Part shown: piece by piece, positions 47,156 through 57,046 of the stretch
How positions within the stretch are numbered: the stretch's first letter is position 1
How the letters are laid out: each line of letters begins with the position of its first letter
Assembly: GCA_963701105.1 (NCBI GenBank)
Contig: OY969565.1
Coordinates: 583,429-647,428, forward strand
DNA from: an uncultured Actinomycetota bacterium
GTDB lineage: Bacteria; Actinomycetota; Thermoleophilia; RBG-16-64-13
Direction of reading: 5' to 3'
Length of the DNA stretch: 64,000 nt
Notes under the pieces: model-generated
What the model was told of the DNA's origin: nothing
The model's database searches: none
Seen by the model: the letters and a program-made list of their open reading frames with translations, nothing else
Translations under genes and position numbers: made by a program

Positions 47156-48432
47156 GTTCCGCCCTTGTCATCAGCTTCAACGATGAGTGATAGCGCGTCG
47201 ATACGCGGGATCGTCTGCTCGTCTCCCGTACGGAGGTCTTTTAGAGTCACCGAATGCTCTCTGATCTCATCCTCGCCGAGGATGACGGCGTAGCGGGCGC
47301 GGCTGCGGCCCGCCTGTTTCATCTGACCTTTGACGCTCCGCTGGACGTAATCCATATCCACGGCGGCTCCGGCGCGGCGCGCGTCGTGGGCGAATCTGAA
47401 GGCCTCTATTCGCGCAGATTCGGTCAGCGCCACGATGTATGCGGCGGGTGCTTCGGCCTCCGGCAGGTCCTCTCGTGAACGGGCTAGGGCCAGCAGGATC
47501 CTCTCGACCCCCGTGCCGAAGCCCACGCCCGGGGTCGGCGGGCCGCCGATGGTCTCGACGAGATCGTCGTAACGTCCTCCCCCGCCCACGCCGGATTGAG
47601 CACCGAGGACCGCCGACTGGAACTCGAAGGTGGTGCGGGTGTAGTAGTCCATCCCGCGCACCAAGCGATGATCCTCGATGAATGGGATCTCCTGCAGGTC
47701 GAGGTGCTCCTTGACCTGCTCGTGGTGCGCCGCGCACGCCGGGCACAGGTGATCGGTGAGCCTGGGAGCGCTCGCTAGGACCTCGCGGCAGCCGGGCACC
47801 TTGCAGTCGAAGGTGCGGAGGGGGTTCAAGCGGGTGCGTTCGTGACACTCCGCGCAGAGTTCCTCGCTGTGTTCCAGGAGGAAGGAGTGCAGTAGAGCGG
47901 AGTAGGCGGGGCGGCACTCGCGGCAGCCCATGGAGTTGATGCGCAACTCCACTTGGGCCAGGCCGATGTCGCGATAGAGTTCGGCCAGGACTCCTATCGC
48001 CTCCGCGTCCAGGGCGGGCGAATCCGAGCCGAAAGCTTCGATGCCGAACTGGTAATGCTGGCGGTATCGACCGGACTGTGGGCTCTCGTATCGGAACATG
48101 GGCCAGTGGTACCACAGCTTCACAGGCTGCGGCAGCCGGTGCATGCCGTGCTCGACGTATGCGCGCGCACACGGTGCAGTGCCCTCCGGCCGCAGTGTCA
48201 TGCTGCGTCCGCCGAGGTCGGTGAAGGTGTACATCTCCTTGCGAACGATGTCCGTGGACTCCCCCACCCCACGGGCGAAGAGCCGTGTCTCTTCGAAGAC
48301 GGGCGTGTCCAGGCGACCATACCCGTAGCGGCGAAAGATCTCGGCGGCTCGGGACACGACCCAGCGTCTGACCGCCTGATCTTCCGGGAGGATGTCGTAT
48401 GTGCCTTTCGGAGCTGTGAGCTTGTCAGCCAC
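47152..48432 (-). CDS. hisS: Histidine--tRNA ligase
   Basis: PKGTYD, KEMY, LRPEGTA, FRYE.PQ.GR.RQ, LVRGMDYY, GGGRYD, GFG.GVER. Confidence 0.97.
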   Translation of the reverse strand: MADKLTAPKGTYDILPEDQAVRRWVVSRAAEIFRRYGYGRLDTPVFEETRLFARGVGESTDIVRKEMYTFTDLGGRSMTLRPEGTAPCARAYVEHGMHRLPQPVKLWYHWPMFRYESPQSGRYRQHYQFGIEAFGSDSPALDAEAIGVLAELYRDIGLAQVELRINSMGCRECRPAYSALLHSFLLEHSEELCAECHERTRLNPLRTFDCKVPGCREVLASAPRLTDHLCPACAAHHEQVKEHLDLQEIPFIEDHRLVRGMDYYTRTTFEFQSAVLGAQSGVGGGGRYDDLVETIGGPPTPGVGFGTGVERILLALARSREDLPEAEAPAAYIVALTESARIEAFRFAHDARRAGAAVDMDYVQRSVKGQMKQAGRSRARYAVILGEDEIREHSVTLKDLRTGDEQTIPRIDALSLIVEADDKGGT

Positions 48433-49060
48433 GAGCGGAAAGCCCGGAAAGGAACGGGTTGGAGCGTACCTCGTCTTCAAGGGAGGTGGCCTGCATGTGG
48501 CCAGGGTACACCCGCGTGCTGCCGGGGAACCGATCGACGAGCTTCTGGACCGAGAGGAGCAGCGTGCCGAAGTCGCCGCCGGGAAAGTCGGTGCGGCCGA
48601 CGGAGCGATAGAAGAGCAGATCGCCGCAGAACAGAGCGTCTGCCACCGCGAACGTGACGTCGCCCGGTGAGTGGCCGGGGGTGGCGATGGTCTCGATCTC
48701 CAGGGCGCCTGTGCGGATCACGTCTCCGTCTGCTAAGAGCACATCGGGCTCGCGGCTTGGGACGCCCCCGAAACCAGGGAACGGTATGTAGTCGTCGGGG
48801 GAGCGCAGCATCGGGGCCGTCCCTTCCGAACACGCCACCTGCGCCCCGGTGAGGCCGGCCAACCCCGCGGCCCCCGCCAAGTGGTCGAAGTGCCCGTGAG
48901 TAAGAAGCACATGCGTGAGACGCATCCCCTCCTGCGTGAGCACCGCGGCCAGGCGTTCCGGCTCTCCGCCCGGGTCTATGGCTATGGCGACGCCCTCATC
49001 GTCGGCCACCAGATAGCAATTGGCTTGGAGCGGGCCAACGGGGACCGTCAGTATCTTCAT
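48425..49060 (-). CDS. Metallo-beta-lactamase fold hydrolase (glyoxalase II-like)
   Basis: THGHFDH, TPGHSPG, GD.LF..SVGRTD, PGH. Confidence 0.92.
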   Translation of the reverse strand: MKILTVPVGPLQANCYLVADDEGVAIAIDPGGEPERLAAVLTQEGMRLTHVLLTHGHFDHLAGAAGLAGLTGAQVACSEGTAPMLRSPDDYIPFPGFGGVPSREPDVLLADGDVIRTGALEIETIATPGHSPGDVTFAVADALFCGDLLFYRSVGRTDFPGGDFGTLLLSVQKLVDRFPGSTRVYPGHMQATSLEDEVRSNPFLSGLSARG

Positions 49061-49121
49061 GGTGGTGTATACCTCGCGCTGTGCGTTCAGAACTGAGCGG
49101 CAATGATACCAGAGGGGATAG

Positions 49122-50105
49122 TCAATCCCCGGCGAGCATGCGCTCTATCAGTCCGTCGAGTTCGTCGGGCTGACCGGCGGCCGCGTCCAGGTTGCGCGCG
49201 TCCTCGACCGAGCCGGCGTCGGGCGCCGCAGCCTGCGTCTGCAGTCGCACGCCGGCCGCGCGCGCCTCGAAGGCCTTGGACTTCATCTGGCTACGGATCC
49301 TATCGATCCTTTCCTCGAGCGCCGCTCGGTCGGCAGAGGTCGCCGCTCTCTTGGGGCCGTCACGCCCTCGATCCACAGGTGGTGCGGCGCCGGCGTTCCG
49401 TTCGTCCGTCAGACGGGCCGCCTCAAGAAGAAGAGTCTCGAACGAGGAATGCAGGGTGCGTGATGGGCTGCGGTCGGCGGAATCGAAGCTGAAGACGCCG
49501 TTGCCCCAGCCGATGGCTTGGAAGATGGCCTCCTCCCCGCTCGAGGGTCGCGGGCCCTCGAGTCGCGCGGCCACCGACTCGCCTGAGTCCAGCCAGATGC
49601 GCGCCACCTCGCTGCCGGAGACACCGAGGACGGTGAGGCAACCTGAGGCCCGCGCGATGTGGAGTGTCTGAAGGATCTCCGGCAAGGAGAGTTCGGTGAG
49701 GTTACCCCTCAGCCCCCCGGCGGCCAGCGCCGGAGGTATCGACTCGGTGCGTCTGAACACGGCCCGCACGCGGGCGAGCAGCTCGTCATGGCGGAAAGGT
49801 TTGACCAGATAGTCATCGGCCCCGGCGTCGAAACCACGCACCACGTCGTCGACACAACTGAGGAATATCACCGGGATGTGCGCCGTTCGCGGAGACGCCT
49901 TGAGAAGGACGCAGAGCTCGAAGCCGCTCAGCCCGGGCATGAGCACGTCGCTCAGTATCAAGTCGGGAGGATCGTCCACGATGCTCCGTAGGCCGTGCAT
50001 GCCGTCTTCGGAGGCTCGCGCGTCGTAGCCTGCTGCCTTCAGCGATTCCAGGACGAGTGTGCGCACATCTGGATCGTCCTCCACTATGAGTATCCGCTGC
50101 CCCAC
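49122..50105 (-). CDS. Response regulator: receiver + DUF4388 (PatA-N-like) domain + acidic tail
   Basis: IVEDD, LSDVLMPG, GADDYLVKPF; GNLTELSLPEILQTL..SGCL..GEEAI..W..GVFSF..LLLEAARLTDE. Confidence 0.85.
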   Translation of the reverse strand: MGQRILIVEDDPDVRTLVLESLKAAGYDARASEDGMHGLRSIVDDPPDLILSDVLMPGLSGFELCVLLKASPRTAHIPVIFLSCVDDVVRGFDAGADDYLVKPFRHDELLARVRAVFRRTESIPPALAAGGLRGNLTELSLPEILQTLHIARASGCLTVLGVSGSEVARIWLDSGESVAARLEGPRPSSGEEAIFQAIGWGNGVFSFDSADRSPSRTLHSSFETLLLEAARLTDERNAGAAPPVDRGRDGPKRAATSADRAALEERIDRIRSQMKSKAFEARAAGVRLQTQAAAPDAGSVEDARNLDAAAGQPDELDGLIERMLAGD

Positions 50106-50109
50106 CTGG

Positions 50110-52347
50110 TCAGTGTGGCGTGACCCGGTAGGCGTCGTACACCGTGTCGATCATGCGGATGCGCTGCAGTATGGATTCCAGATACTCCACGCCCGGCACC
50201 TCGAACACGAACCTGTCTTTGACCGTGTTGTCGTCGGTCGTCTGGATCTGGGCCGCGAGTATGTTCACGCCGCTTTCGCTCAACGTGCGCGAGATGTCCT
50301 CGAGCAGCCTGCTCCGGTCATAAGCTTCCACCTGTATCTCCACGCGGAAGGGCGCCTTGATGGATTGGTTCCAGGAGACGTTTGCGAAGCGCTCGGGGTG
50401 CTTCTCGAGCGCGCGCACGTTGGGGCAGTCCCTACGGTGGATAGTGATGCCCTTGCCCAGGGAGATGTAGCCCACGATGTCGTCTCCCGGGACGGGCCGA
50501 CAGCACTCGGGCATACGGATGGCCACGTCATCGATGCCCTCCACCTGGATGCCGACGTCGCCCGACGTGGGGAAACGACGCGGCGACGGCATGATGGCGG
50601 GCGGGAGATCCTCCTTGACCGCCCCGATCGTCTCGTCCATGCGCTGCATGACCTTGGTAAGAACCTGCTGGGGGCTCGTCTTACCGGCCCCGATGCTCAC
50701 GAAGAAGTCCTCGCGTTTCTGGAAGCCCATGTCCTTGATCACTTGTGACAGAGTGTCGGAGCCCATGAGCTTCTGCGCAGGCAGGCCATGTTTGCGGAAG
50801 ATCTCGAGCAGCGCTTCCTTACCTAGGTGTTCGGAGTCTTCGCGGCGCTCCCGTTTGAACCACTGCCGGATCTTGTTTCGGGCTCCGGACGTCTGCACGA
50901 AGTTGAGCCAGTCGCGAGACGGCCCCGGCGAGTTCTTGGAGGTGAGGATCTCCACGATGTCGCCGGATTGGAGGCGATACGTGAGAGGGACGATCCTCCC
51001 GTTGGCTTTGGCACCGACGCAATGGTGGCCCACGTCGGTGTGGATGGCGTAGGCGAAATCGACCGGGGTGGCTCCCACCGACAGACTCTTGACCTCCCCT
51101 TTCGGGGTGAACACGTACACCTCGTCCTGCAGCAGATCTATGCGCAGGGACTCCATGAATTCCGTGGCGTCCTTGGTGTCGGACTGCCACTCCATCATCT
51201 GTCGGAGCCAGGCCAACCTGTCGGTGCGGTCCTTCTCGCGTTCCCTGCCCTTGTCCCTATCCTTGTAGATCCAGTGGGCGGCGATACCGTACTCCGCGGT
51301 CTCGTGCATCTCGAAGGTTCGGATCTGTATCTCGAGAGGCTTCCCCTGCGGCCCGATCACCGTGGTGTGCAAGGACTGGTACATATTGAACTTCGGCATG
51401 GCGATGTAGTCTTTGAACCTGCCGGGCAACGGCTTCCACAGGGAGTGGATGATGCCGAGAGCCGCGTAGCATTCCCGCACGGAGGCCACGAGCACGCGCA
51501 TAGCGGTGAGATCGTAGATCTCGTTGAACTCCTTGCCCTTGCGCGTCATCTTGTCGTAGATGGAGTAGAAGTGCTTCGCGCGACCGAGGATCTCGGCGTT
51601 GATCTTGACCTTCTCGAGTTCGCGCTTCAGGTAGTCTCGCGCCTCCTCCAGATACGCCTCTCGGTCGGCCCGCCGTTGCGCGACCATCTGCTGGATCTCG
51701 GCGTACTTGCGCGGGTGAAGCGTAGCGAAGGCGAGGTCTTCGAGTTCCCAGCGGACCGACTCGATGCCGAGGCGGTGCGCGAGCGGTGCGTAGATCTCGA
51801 GGGTCTCCCTGGCCTTCTGGATCTGTTTCTCTTTCCCCAGGTAGCAGAGCGTGCGCATGTTGTGGAGGCGGTCTGCCAGTTTGATCAGGATGACCCGGAT
51901 GTCCTTGGCCATCGCGATGATCATCTTGCGGAAGTTCTCGGCCTGTTCCTCCTCGACGCTGCGGAAGGACATCTTCGTGAGTTTCGTGACCCCATCGACC
52001 AGGAGTCCCACTTCCTCGCCGAATTCCTCTACCACTTCGCTCACGGCCACGTCGGTGTCTTCGACCACGTCGTGGAGGAGCGCCGCTGCGATGGTGGGCG
52101 AGTCGAGGCGTAGATCGGCACAGATCATGGCGGTGCCGACCGGGTGGAGGATGTAGTCCTCCCCACTGGCCCTACGCTGATCCCGGTGATGCGTGACCGC
52201 CAGCGTGAAGGCGCGGCTCAACATGTCTCGGTCGAAGGTGGGGTTGTAGCGGACGATCTTGCGGAAGAGGTCGTCGAGAAGCTCTCGATGCGGAAGCTCG
52301 AGGTCCACTTCCTCGATCGGTTGCGTCTGGGTCACTTCTTCCGGCAT
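50110..52347 (-). CDS. relA: Bifunctional (p)ppGpp synthase/hydrolase Rel
   Basis: HD domain (LLHDVVEDT), KLADRLHNMRTL, RFKDYI, YQSLHT, TGS and ACT domains. Confidence 0.97.
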   Translation of the reverse strand: MPEEVTQTQPIEEVDLELPHRELLDDLFRKIVRYNPTFDRDMLSRAFTLAVTHHRDQRRASGEDYILHPVGTAMICADLRLDSPTIAAALLHDVVEDTDVAVSEVVEEFGEEVGLLVDGVTKLTKMSFRSVEEEQAENFRKMIIAMAKDIRVILIKLADRLHNMRTLCYLGKEKQIQKARETLEIYAPLAHRLGIESVRWELEDLAFATLHPRKYAEIQQMVAQRRADREAYLEEARDYLKRELEKVKINAEILGRAKHFYSIYDKMTRKGKEFNEIYDLTAMRVLVASVRECYAALGIIHSLWKPLPGRFKDYIAMPKFNMYQSLHTTVIGPQGKPLEIQIRTFEMHETAEYGIAAHWIYKDRDKGREREKDRTDRLAWLRQMMEWQSDTKDATEFMESLRIDLLQDEVYVFTPKGEVKSLSVGATPVDFAYAIHTDVGHHCVGAKANGRIVPLTYRLQSGDIVEILTSKNSPGPSRDWLNFVQTSGARNKIRQWFKRERREDSEHLGKEALLEIFRKHGLPAQKLMGSDTLSQVIKDMGFQKREDFFVSIGAGKTSPQQVLTKVMQRMDETIGAVKEDLPPAIMPSPRRFPTSGDVGIQVEGIDDVAIRMPECCRPVPGDDIVGYISLGKGITIHRRDCPNVRALEKHPERFANVSWNQSIKAPFRVEIQVEAYDRSRLLEDISRTLSESGVNILAAQIQTTDDNTVKDRFVFEVPGVEYLESILQRIRMIDTVYDAYRVTPH

Positions 52348-54842
52348 GACCGGACCGCCTCCTCGAAAGCCGCCTGTGCCGCCATGTAGGCGGGGTGTTG
52401 GGTTGCTTTCATTGTAGCCTGTTCTCCGCCGTTGGGCCCGTGGCCAAGAGCCGTGAGCAACTCCCATGAACGCCGGAGTTCATCCGCGGTGGGCATGATC
52501 CCCTCTTTCTCCCAGGAGTCTGACAGCACCCGCTCGAAGACCCCATCGGCCGGAACCGATCCATCCTGAAGGGCCCGGTACAACGCCACCATCCAATGCC
52601 GCGGATGCATGCGGACGCGGAGTTCATGCTCTGTGAGCCGTCGCTCCTCGTCGCCGTAGAGAAGATGGATGCGCGCACCGGAATCGGCGACCCGTCGCAG
52701 CAGCGCCGTGTGACCTGCGCGATAGCTGGGATCCACCACGATCACGTGCCGTTTCGCGCACAGCGACTCGGAGCGCCGTTCCGCGGCGTCCCAGTCGGTG
52801 AAGAGCAGGGCTTCGCTGCGCAAACCCGCGAGCCTGGTGCGCCAGCAGTGCCGACTCACGCAATCGACCCCCACGACGCCGAGCTCCTGCAGAGGCAGCA
52901 CCCCGGCGATGCGGGCCATGTGGCGTTTCACCTCGGCGCCCAGGATCGCCGCGGACTCTCCCGATGACAGGATCTCCGCCGTCCGGGCGAGCCGGCCGGA
53001 CGAATCGCGCAGATCGCGTGCCGGGAACGCCGAGGGGCCGGCGTCGGCGAAGGGGTCGGCGCATCTCGGGCAGGCGGCCGGCGCCTGCACGTCGTCCAGA
53101 AACGGGCAGGTGGGAGAGCAACCGAGAGCGTGCTCCCCGAGATCGGTCGCCCGGTACAGGCTGTGCAGTTGGATCTCCGCCCTGCTCGTACCCTGCCATT
53201 CGCTTGACTCCAGGCGGATGCCGGCGTGCGCGCGCAGGCCGGCATCTTTAAGGTCGGACAGCTTCGAAGCCAGGCCGAAGCCGATACCGCGTGTGCGGAC
53301 GTCGTCTACCACCAGGGTGCATTGCAGGTGATCGCCTTTGCGCGTGGCTCGAGCATCTTCGATGCGGGTATCGAGCGCGATCAGTCTCACCCTCGGATTC
53401 CCCTGGCCGAAAGGAGCGAGCCGCGCAAGGGCGTCGACCGTCTCGAGATTCAGGTCGGTGCCTGCGACCACGGCATCAGGGTGGTAACTGGGCACGAGGT
53501 CACTGTCGCTCAAAGAGTCGGCCGCATGGTGCTCCAGGTCGGCCGTGAAGGCCGCCAGAGCCGTCTCCGGCACAGTGAGGCCGGCCGCCTGAGGGTGGCC
53601 GCCGAAGACGGTAAGGTGTTCTGCACAGGCCGTGAGGCCTTCCATGATGTCGTACGCCGGAATGCTGCGTGCGGATCCGCGCGCGCGTCCGTTGGACAAG
53701 GAGAGCAGGACGGCTGGCCGATGGTAGCGCTCGACCAACCGCGAGGCCACGATGCCGAGCACCCCCTCGTGCCATTCTGACCCGGCGACCACGAGTATGG
53801 CGGGGAGCTGCTCCCGGCCCTCTACGGCTTTGAGGGCTTCGCCGAGGACCACGGCTTCCACCGCCTGCCGCTCGCGGTTGAAGGCGTCGAGTTCCTGAGC
53901 CAGGCGCTCCGCCTCCGTCGCGTCGTCGGTGACGAGAAGACGCAACGGTATCTGGGGATCACTCACGCGCCCCGCGGCGTTCAGCCGGGGCGCCAAGCGG
54001 AAACCTACGGTCTGCGCGTCGACCCTGCCCTCGCCGTTGGCCACGGAGAGCAAGGATCTGAGGCCGACTTTGCCGCTGGCGGCTATTCTGACCAGGCCTT
54101 CTGCCACGTAGTAGCGGTTCTCCCCGCGGAGCGGGACGAGGTCTGCCACCGTGCCGAGCGCCACCAGATCGAGATGCGGCAGTAGACGTTCGGGCACTTT
54201 GTGAGGCGAGACTCCGTCACGTAGTACGTGTAGGGCGTGAAGGACTTTCAGCGCGATGCCCACCCCGCAGAGGTCGGCGTGCGGATAGTCGCCGCGCACC
54301 GGGTGGATTATGGGACACTCGGGCAGGATCTCTCCCGGTCGATGGTGGTCGGTCACGATGACGTCGAGCCCGAGTTGACGAGCCAGGGCCACTTCATCAG
54401 GGTAGTTGATGCCGCAGTCTACCGTGAGGAGCAGGGCGTCTCCTCCGGCGGCGATCTCGCGCACTCCGAGCTCCGACAGCCCGTAACCCTGGATGAAGCG
54501 GCTGGGCAGGTAATGCTCCGCCCGCACTCCGAGATCGCTAAGGCCACGCAGGAGTAGAGCGGTGGCCGAAACGCCGTCGACATCGTAGTCACCGTGCACC
54601 ACGATCCGGCGTCCCGACTGCGCTGCCTGATTCAGCATCTGGACGGCTTCGTCCATGTCCGAGAACAGGAATGGATCCGGTACCACCTCAGGTGTGTCCA
54701 GGAAGGCACGGACCTCATCGGCATCGCGGAAGCCCCTCCGGGCCAGGATCACCGCCACCGTGAGAGGCAATGCGAGGTCTTCAGCTATTCGTTCGGCAGT
54801 GTTCCATGAGAACGGTTTCAGGGACCAGGTAAAAGTGTCCAT
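52332..54842 (-). CDS. recJ: ssDNA exonuclease RecJ with long C-terminal extension
   Basis: HGDYDVDG, GYG, VDCG, TDHH, GTVAD..PL..ENR, PRLNAAGR, GGH..AAG, PFGQGNP. Confidence 0.93.
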   Translation of the reverse strand: MDTFTWSLKPFSWNTAERIAEDLALPLTVAVILARRGFRDADEVRAFLDTPEVVPDPFLFSDMDEAVQMLNQAAQSGRRIVVHGDYDVDGVSATALLLRGLSDLGVRAEHYLPSRFIQGYGLSELGVREIAAGGDALLLTVDCGINYPDEVALARQLGLDVIVTDHHRPGEILPECPIIHPVRGDYPHADLCGVGIALKVLHALHVLRDGVSPHKVPERLLPHLDLVALGTVADLVPLRGENRYYVAEGLVRIAASGKVGLRSLLSVANGEGRVDAQTVGFRLAPRLNAAGRVSDPQIPLRLLVTDDATEAERLAQELDAFNRERQAVEAVVLGEALKAVEGREQLPAILVVAGSEWHEGVLGIVASRLVERYHRPAVLLSLSNGRARGSARSIPAYDIMEGLTACAEHLTVFGGHPQAAGLTVPETALAAFTADLEHHAADSLSDSDLVPSYHPDAVVAGTDLNLETVDALARLAPFGQGNPRVRLIALDTRIEDARATRKGDHLQCTLVVDDVRTRGIGFGLASKLSDLKDAGLRAHAGIRLESSEWQGTSRAEIQLHSLYRATDLGEHALGCSPTCPFLDDVQAPAACPRCADPFADAGPSAFPARDLRDSSGRLARTAEILSSGESAAILGAEVKRHMARIAGVLPLQELGVVGVDCVSRHCWRTRLAGLRSEALLFTDWDAAERRSESLCAKRHVIVVDPSYRAGHTALLRRVADSGARIHLLYGDEERRLTEHELRVRMHPRHWMVALYRALQDGSVPADGVFERVLSDSWEKEGIMPTADELRRSWELLTALGHGPNGGEQATMKATQHPAYMAAQAAFEEAVRSCRKK

Positions 54843-54883
54843 AGCACTACAGTATAGCTGGCCCCACAGACGGACGCGGTTAG

Positions 54884-56560
54884 CTACAACCGGCCCGACC
54901 GCACGATGGCCCACATCAACCAGACCCCGAAGAACAACGCCGCGAGGAAGCCGGGGATGCCCCAGACCGACACCCCCAGGACGTGCGGCCCTTCCGTGAT
55001 GAACACAGCCACCAGAGAGCTGGCTATGCCCAGAGAAACGGCGACCAAGGCCACGACCATCCGGTTCGTCAGGATGTCGAGTTTGTGGCTGAAATCCTCG
55101 AGACCGGTATGCACGAACTTGATCTCGAGTTCCCCATCGCGCATCTCCTCGAGAAGGTCGTGGAGTTGGAATGGGTACTCGCGGAATACCTGGCCGTACT
55201 CGGTGAGCGACCGCGTGAGCCGGCCGAGCGCCACGTCCGGCCGGTACCGGCGGGCCAGGAGCCGCCGGGCGTAGGGCCTGGCCACCTCGAACACGTTGAA
55301 GTCGGGATAGATCTGGGTCACGACTCCTTCGACGGTGAGCAGGGACTTCTCCAACATGAGAAAACGAGTGGGAAGACCGAGGTGCAGGCTGTAGATGATG
55401 TCGAAGACCTCCCTGATCAAGGCAGCCGGGTCGATGTCCGCGAGAGAAGCCCCGAAGTAACGACTGAAGCCCAGCTCGAGCGCGGCGGTGGCGAGGTCGT
55501 CCTTGTCGCGGGACCAATGGACTCCTAGTCGCTGGAGTCTGCGCTTCACCCCCGCGATATCCCGGTTCATGATGTCGAGGAACAGTAGGGTCCCCTGTTC
55601 GAGATCCTCATCACTCAGATTGCCGGCGATGCCGAAGTCAAGCAGGGCGATATGGTCGGCATCCACGTAGGTTATGTTCGCCGGATGGGGGTCCCCGTGG
55701 AAGAAACCGTCCTCGAGTATCTGCTTGAACCACGCGCGGGAGATGGTGTCCGCCAGCCGATACCGTTCGGAGATGCCGAGGTTCTCCAGGTCGAGTTGGT
55801 TCAGCGTGAGGCCCGGTTTCCATTCCAGAGTGAGGACCCGTCTGCTGGAATGCGACCAGAAGACAGCGGGGATCTCGACCTCTTCGTGCTCGGCGAAGTT
55901 CGAGGCGAACCTCTCGGCGTTGCGTCCTTCCAGCGTGTAATCCAATTCCGCCGAAAGGGCGCGTGAGAACTCGTCGATGGTCTCCACGGGGTCGACTGCC
56001 AGTCGCTTGCCGAAGTGTTCGGCGAGCAGCTCCGCGATCTGGTAGAGGAGGTCGATGTCCCGCTCGATCTGTCGGAACGCTCCCGGACGTTGGACCTTGA
56101 CCACGACCTGGACGCCTCCGGGCAACGAGGCGCGGTGCACCTGTCCGATCGAAGCGGCCGCGATGGGGACGGGATCGAACCACTCGAACAGGCGCTCGAC
56201 GGTGAGCCCCAGGTCTTCCTCGATCACCGCCCGCGCTTCGTCAACAGGGAAGGGCGGGACCCGGTCCTGCAACTTCACGAGTTCTACTACGATCTCGTGA
56301 GGCAGAAGATCGGATCGAGTGCTGAGTAGCTGTCCGAACTTAACGAAGCTTGGACCGAGTTCCTCTAGGAACTCGCGTATGTGACGGCCGAGCTGGGAGG
56401 GCGGCGGAGGGACGTCGCGGCGGCGAACAGAGAGTATCTGCCACAGGTTGTGGCGTTCGAAGAAATAACCGAGGCCGTGGCGGACCGCGACCTCGGATAT
56501 CTGCCTCAGACGTTCGAGATTACGGGCCCGACCCCGAAGACCCAGGTGCCGTTGCGTCAC
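54884..56560 (-). CDS. ABC1/AarF/UbiB family atypical kinase
   Basis: LGPSFVKFGQLLSTR, AAASIGQVH, VKVQRP, FFHGDPHPAN, DFG, C-terminal TM helices. Confidence 0.93.
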   Translation of the reverse strand: MTQRHLGLRGRARNLERLRQISEVAVRHGLGYFFERHNLWQILSVRRRDVPPPPSQLGRHIREFLEELGPSFVKFGQLLSTRSDLLPHEIVVELVKLQDRVPPFPVDEARAVIEEDLGLTVERLFEWFDPVPIAAASIGQVHRASLPGGVQVVVKVQRPGAFRQIERDIDLLYQIAELLAEHFGKRLAVDPVETIDEFSRALSAELDYTLEGRNAERFASNFAEHEEVEIPAVFWSHSSRRVLTLEWKPGLTLNQLDLENLGISERYRLADTISRAWFKQILEDGFFHGDPHPANITYVDADHIALLDFGIAGNLSDEDLEQGTLLFLDIMNRDIAGVKRRLQRLGVHWSRDKDDLATAALELGFSRYFGASLADIDPAALIREVFDIIYSLHLGLPTRFLMLEKSLLTVEGVVTQIYPDFNVFEVARPYARRLLARRYRPDVALGRLTRSLTEYGQVFREYPFQLHDLLEEMRDGELEIKFVHTGLEDFSHKLDILTNRMVVALVAVSLGIASSLVAVFITEGPHVLGVSVWGIPGFLAALFFGVWLMWAIVRSGRL

Positions 56561-56943
56561 GAGATCGTGGAGGAATCCGACTCTCGTTCGAGGAGCGTCA
56601 GCCGATGCTCGATCTGCCGCAGGCGGAAGTCCATATCCTCCACCTCCCGTCTTGAAGCGATCCCGAGCTCTCGGAAGACGGTCTGGACCGAGGAGTCTGC
56701 ACTCTTGAGCACTGAACGAGCCTCGTCGCGGCTGCGGGATGCGAGGCCCTCGACCATGTCTCGACCTTCCTCAGCCGAGAGTTGACCTCGTCTCACGAAC
56801 TCGTCTACGACCTTTTGGGCGCGATCCTTCGTAAGAGCGGCCGCCCCCAAGCCGACCAACAGAGTCCTCTCGATGACATCACGCAGGCCTGCCGCTTCCT
56901 GCGTCGGCGTTTCGGAGCGGCGGTCGTCGTGCTGGTCAGTCAT
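56557..56943 (-). CDS. Phasin / PHA-granule-associated family small protein
   Basis: LLVGLGAAALTKD..VDEFVRRGQL..EG, LGIASRREV..L..LE; usual partner of ABC1 kinase genes. Confidence 0.75.
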   Translation of the reverse strand: MTDQHDDRRSETPTQEAAGLRDVIERTLLVGLGAAALTKDRAQKVVDEFVRRGQLSAEEGRDMVEGLASRSRDEARSVLKSADSSVQTVFRELGIASRREVEDMDFRLRQIEHRLTLLERESDSSTIS

Positions 56944-57046
56944 GAACCCTCCCTCGTCAGAAGAATGCCACGTCGGATTCTTCCCGCCCCCAGCTCACCG
57001 CAAAACAAGTCGCACATCGGGGTGGCAGACCGCGAAGCGGGACGAA

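Noticed and set aside
54843-55517. Apparent 225-aa N-terminal extension of RecJ in the ORF track
   Set aside because: It overlaps the ABC1 kinase gene in another frame; RecJ similarity begins at ATG 54842
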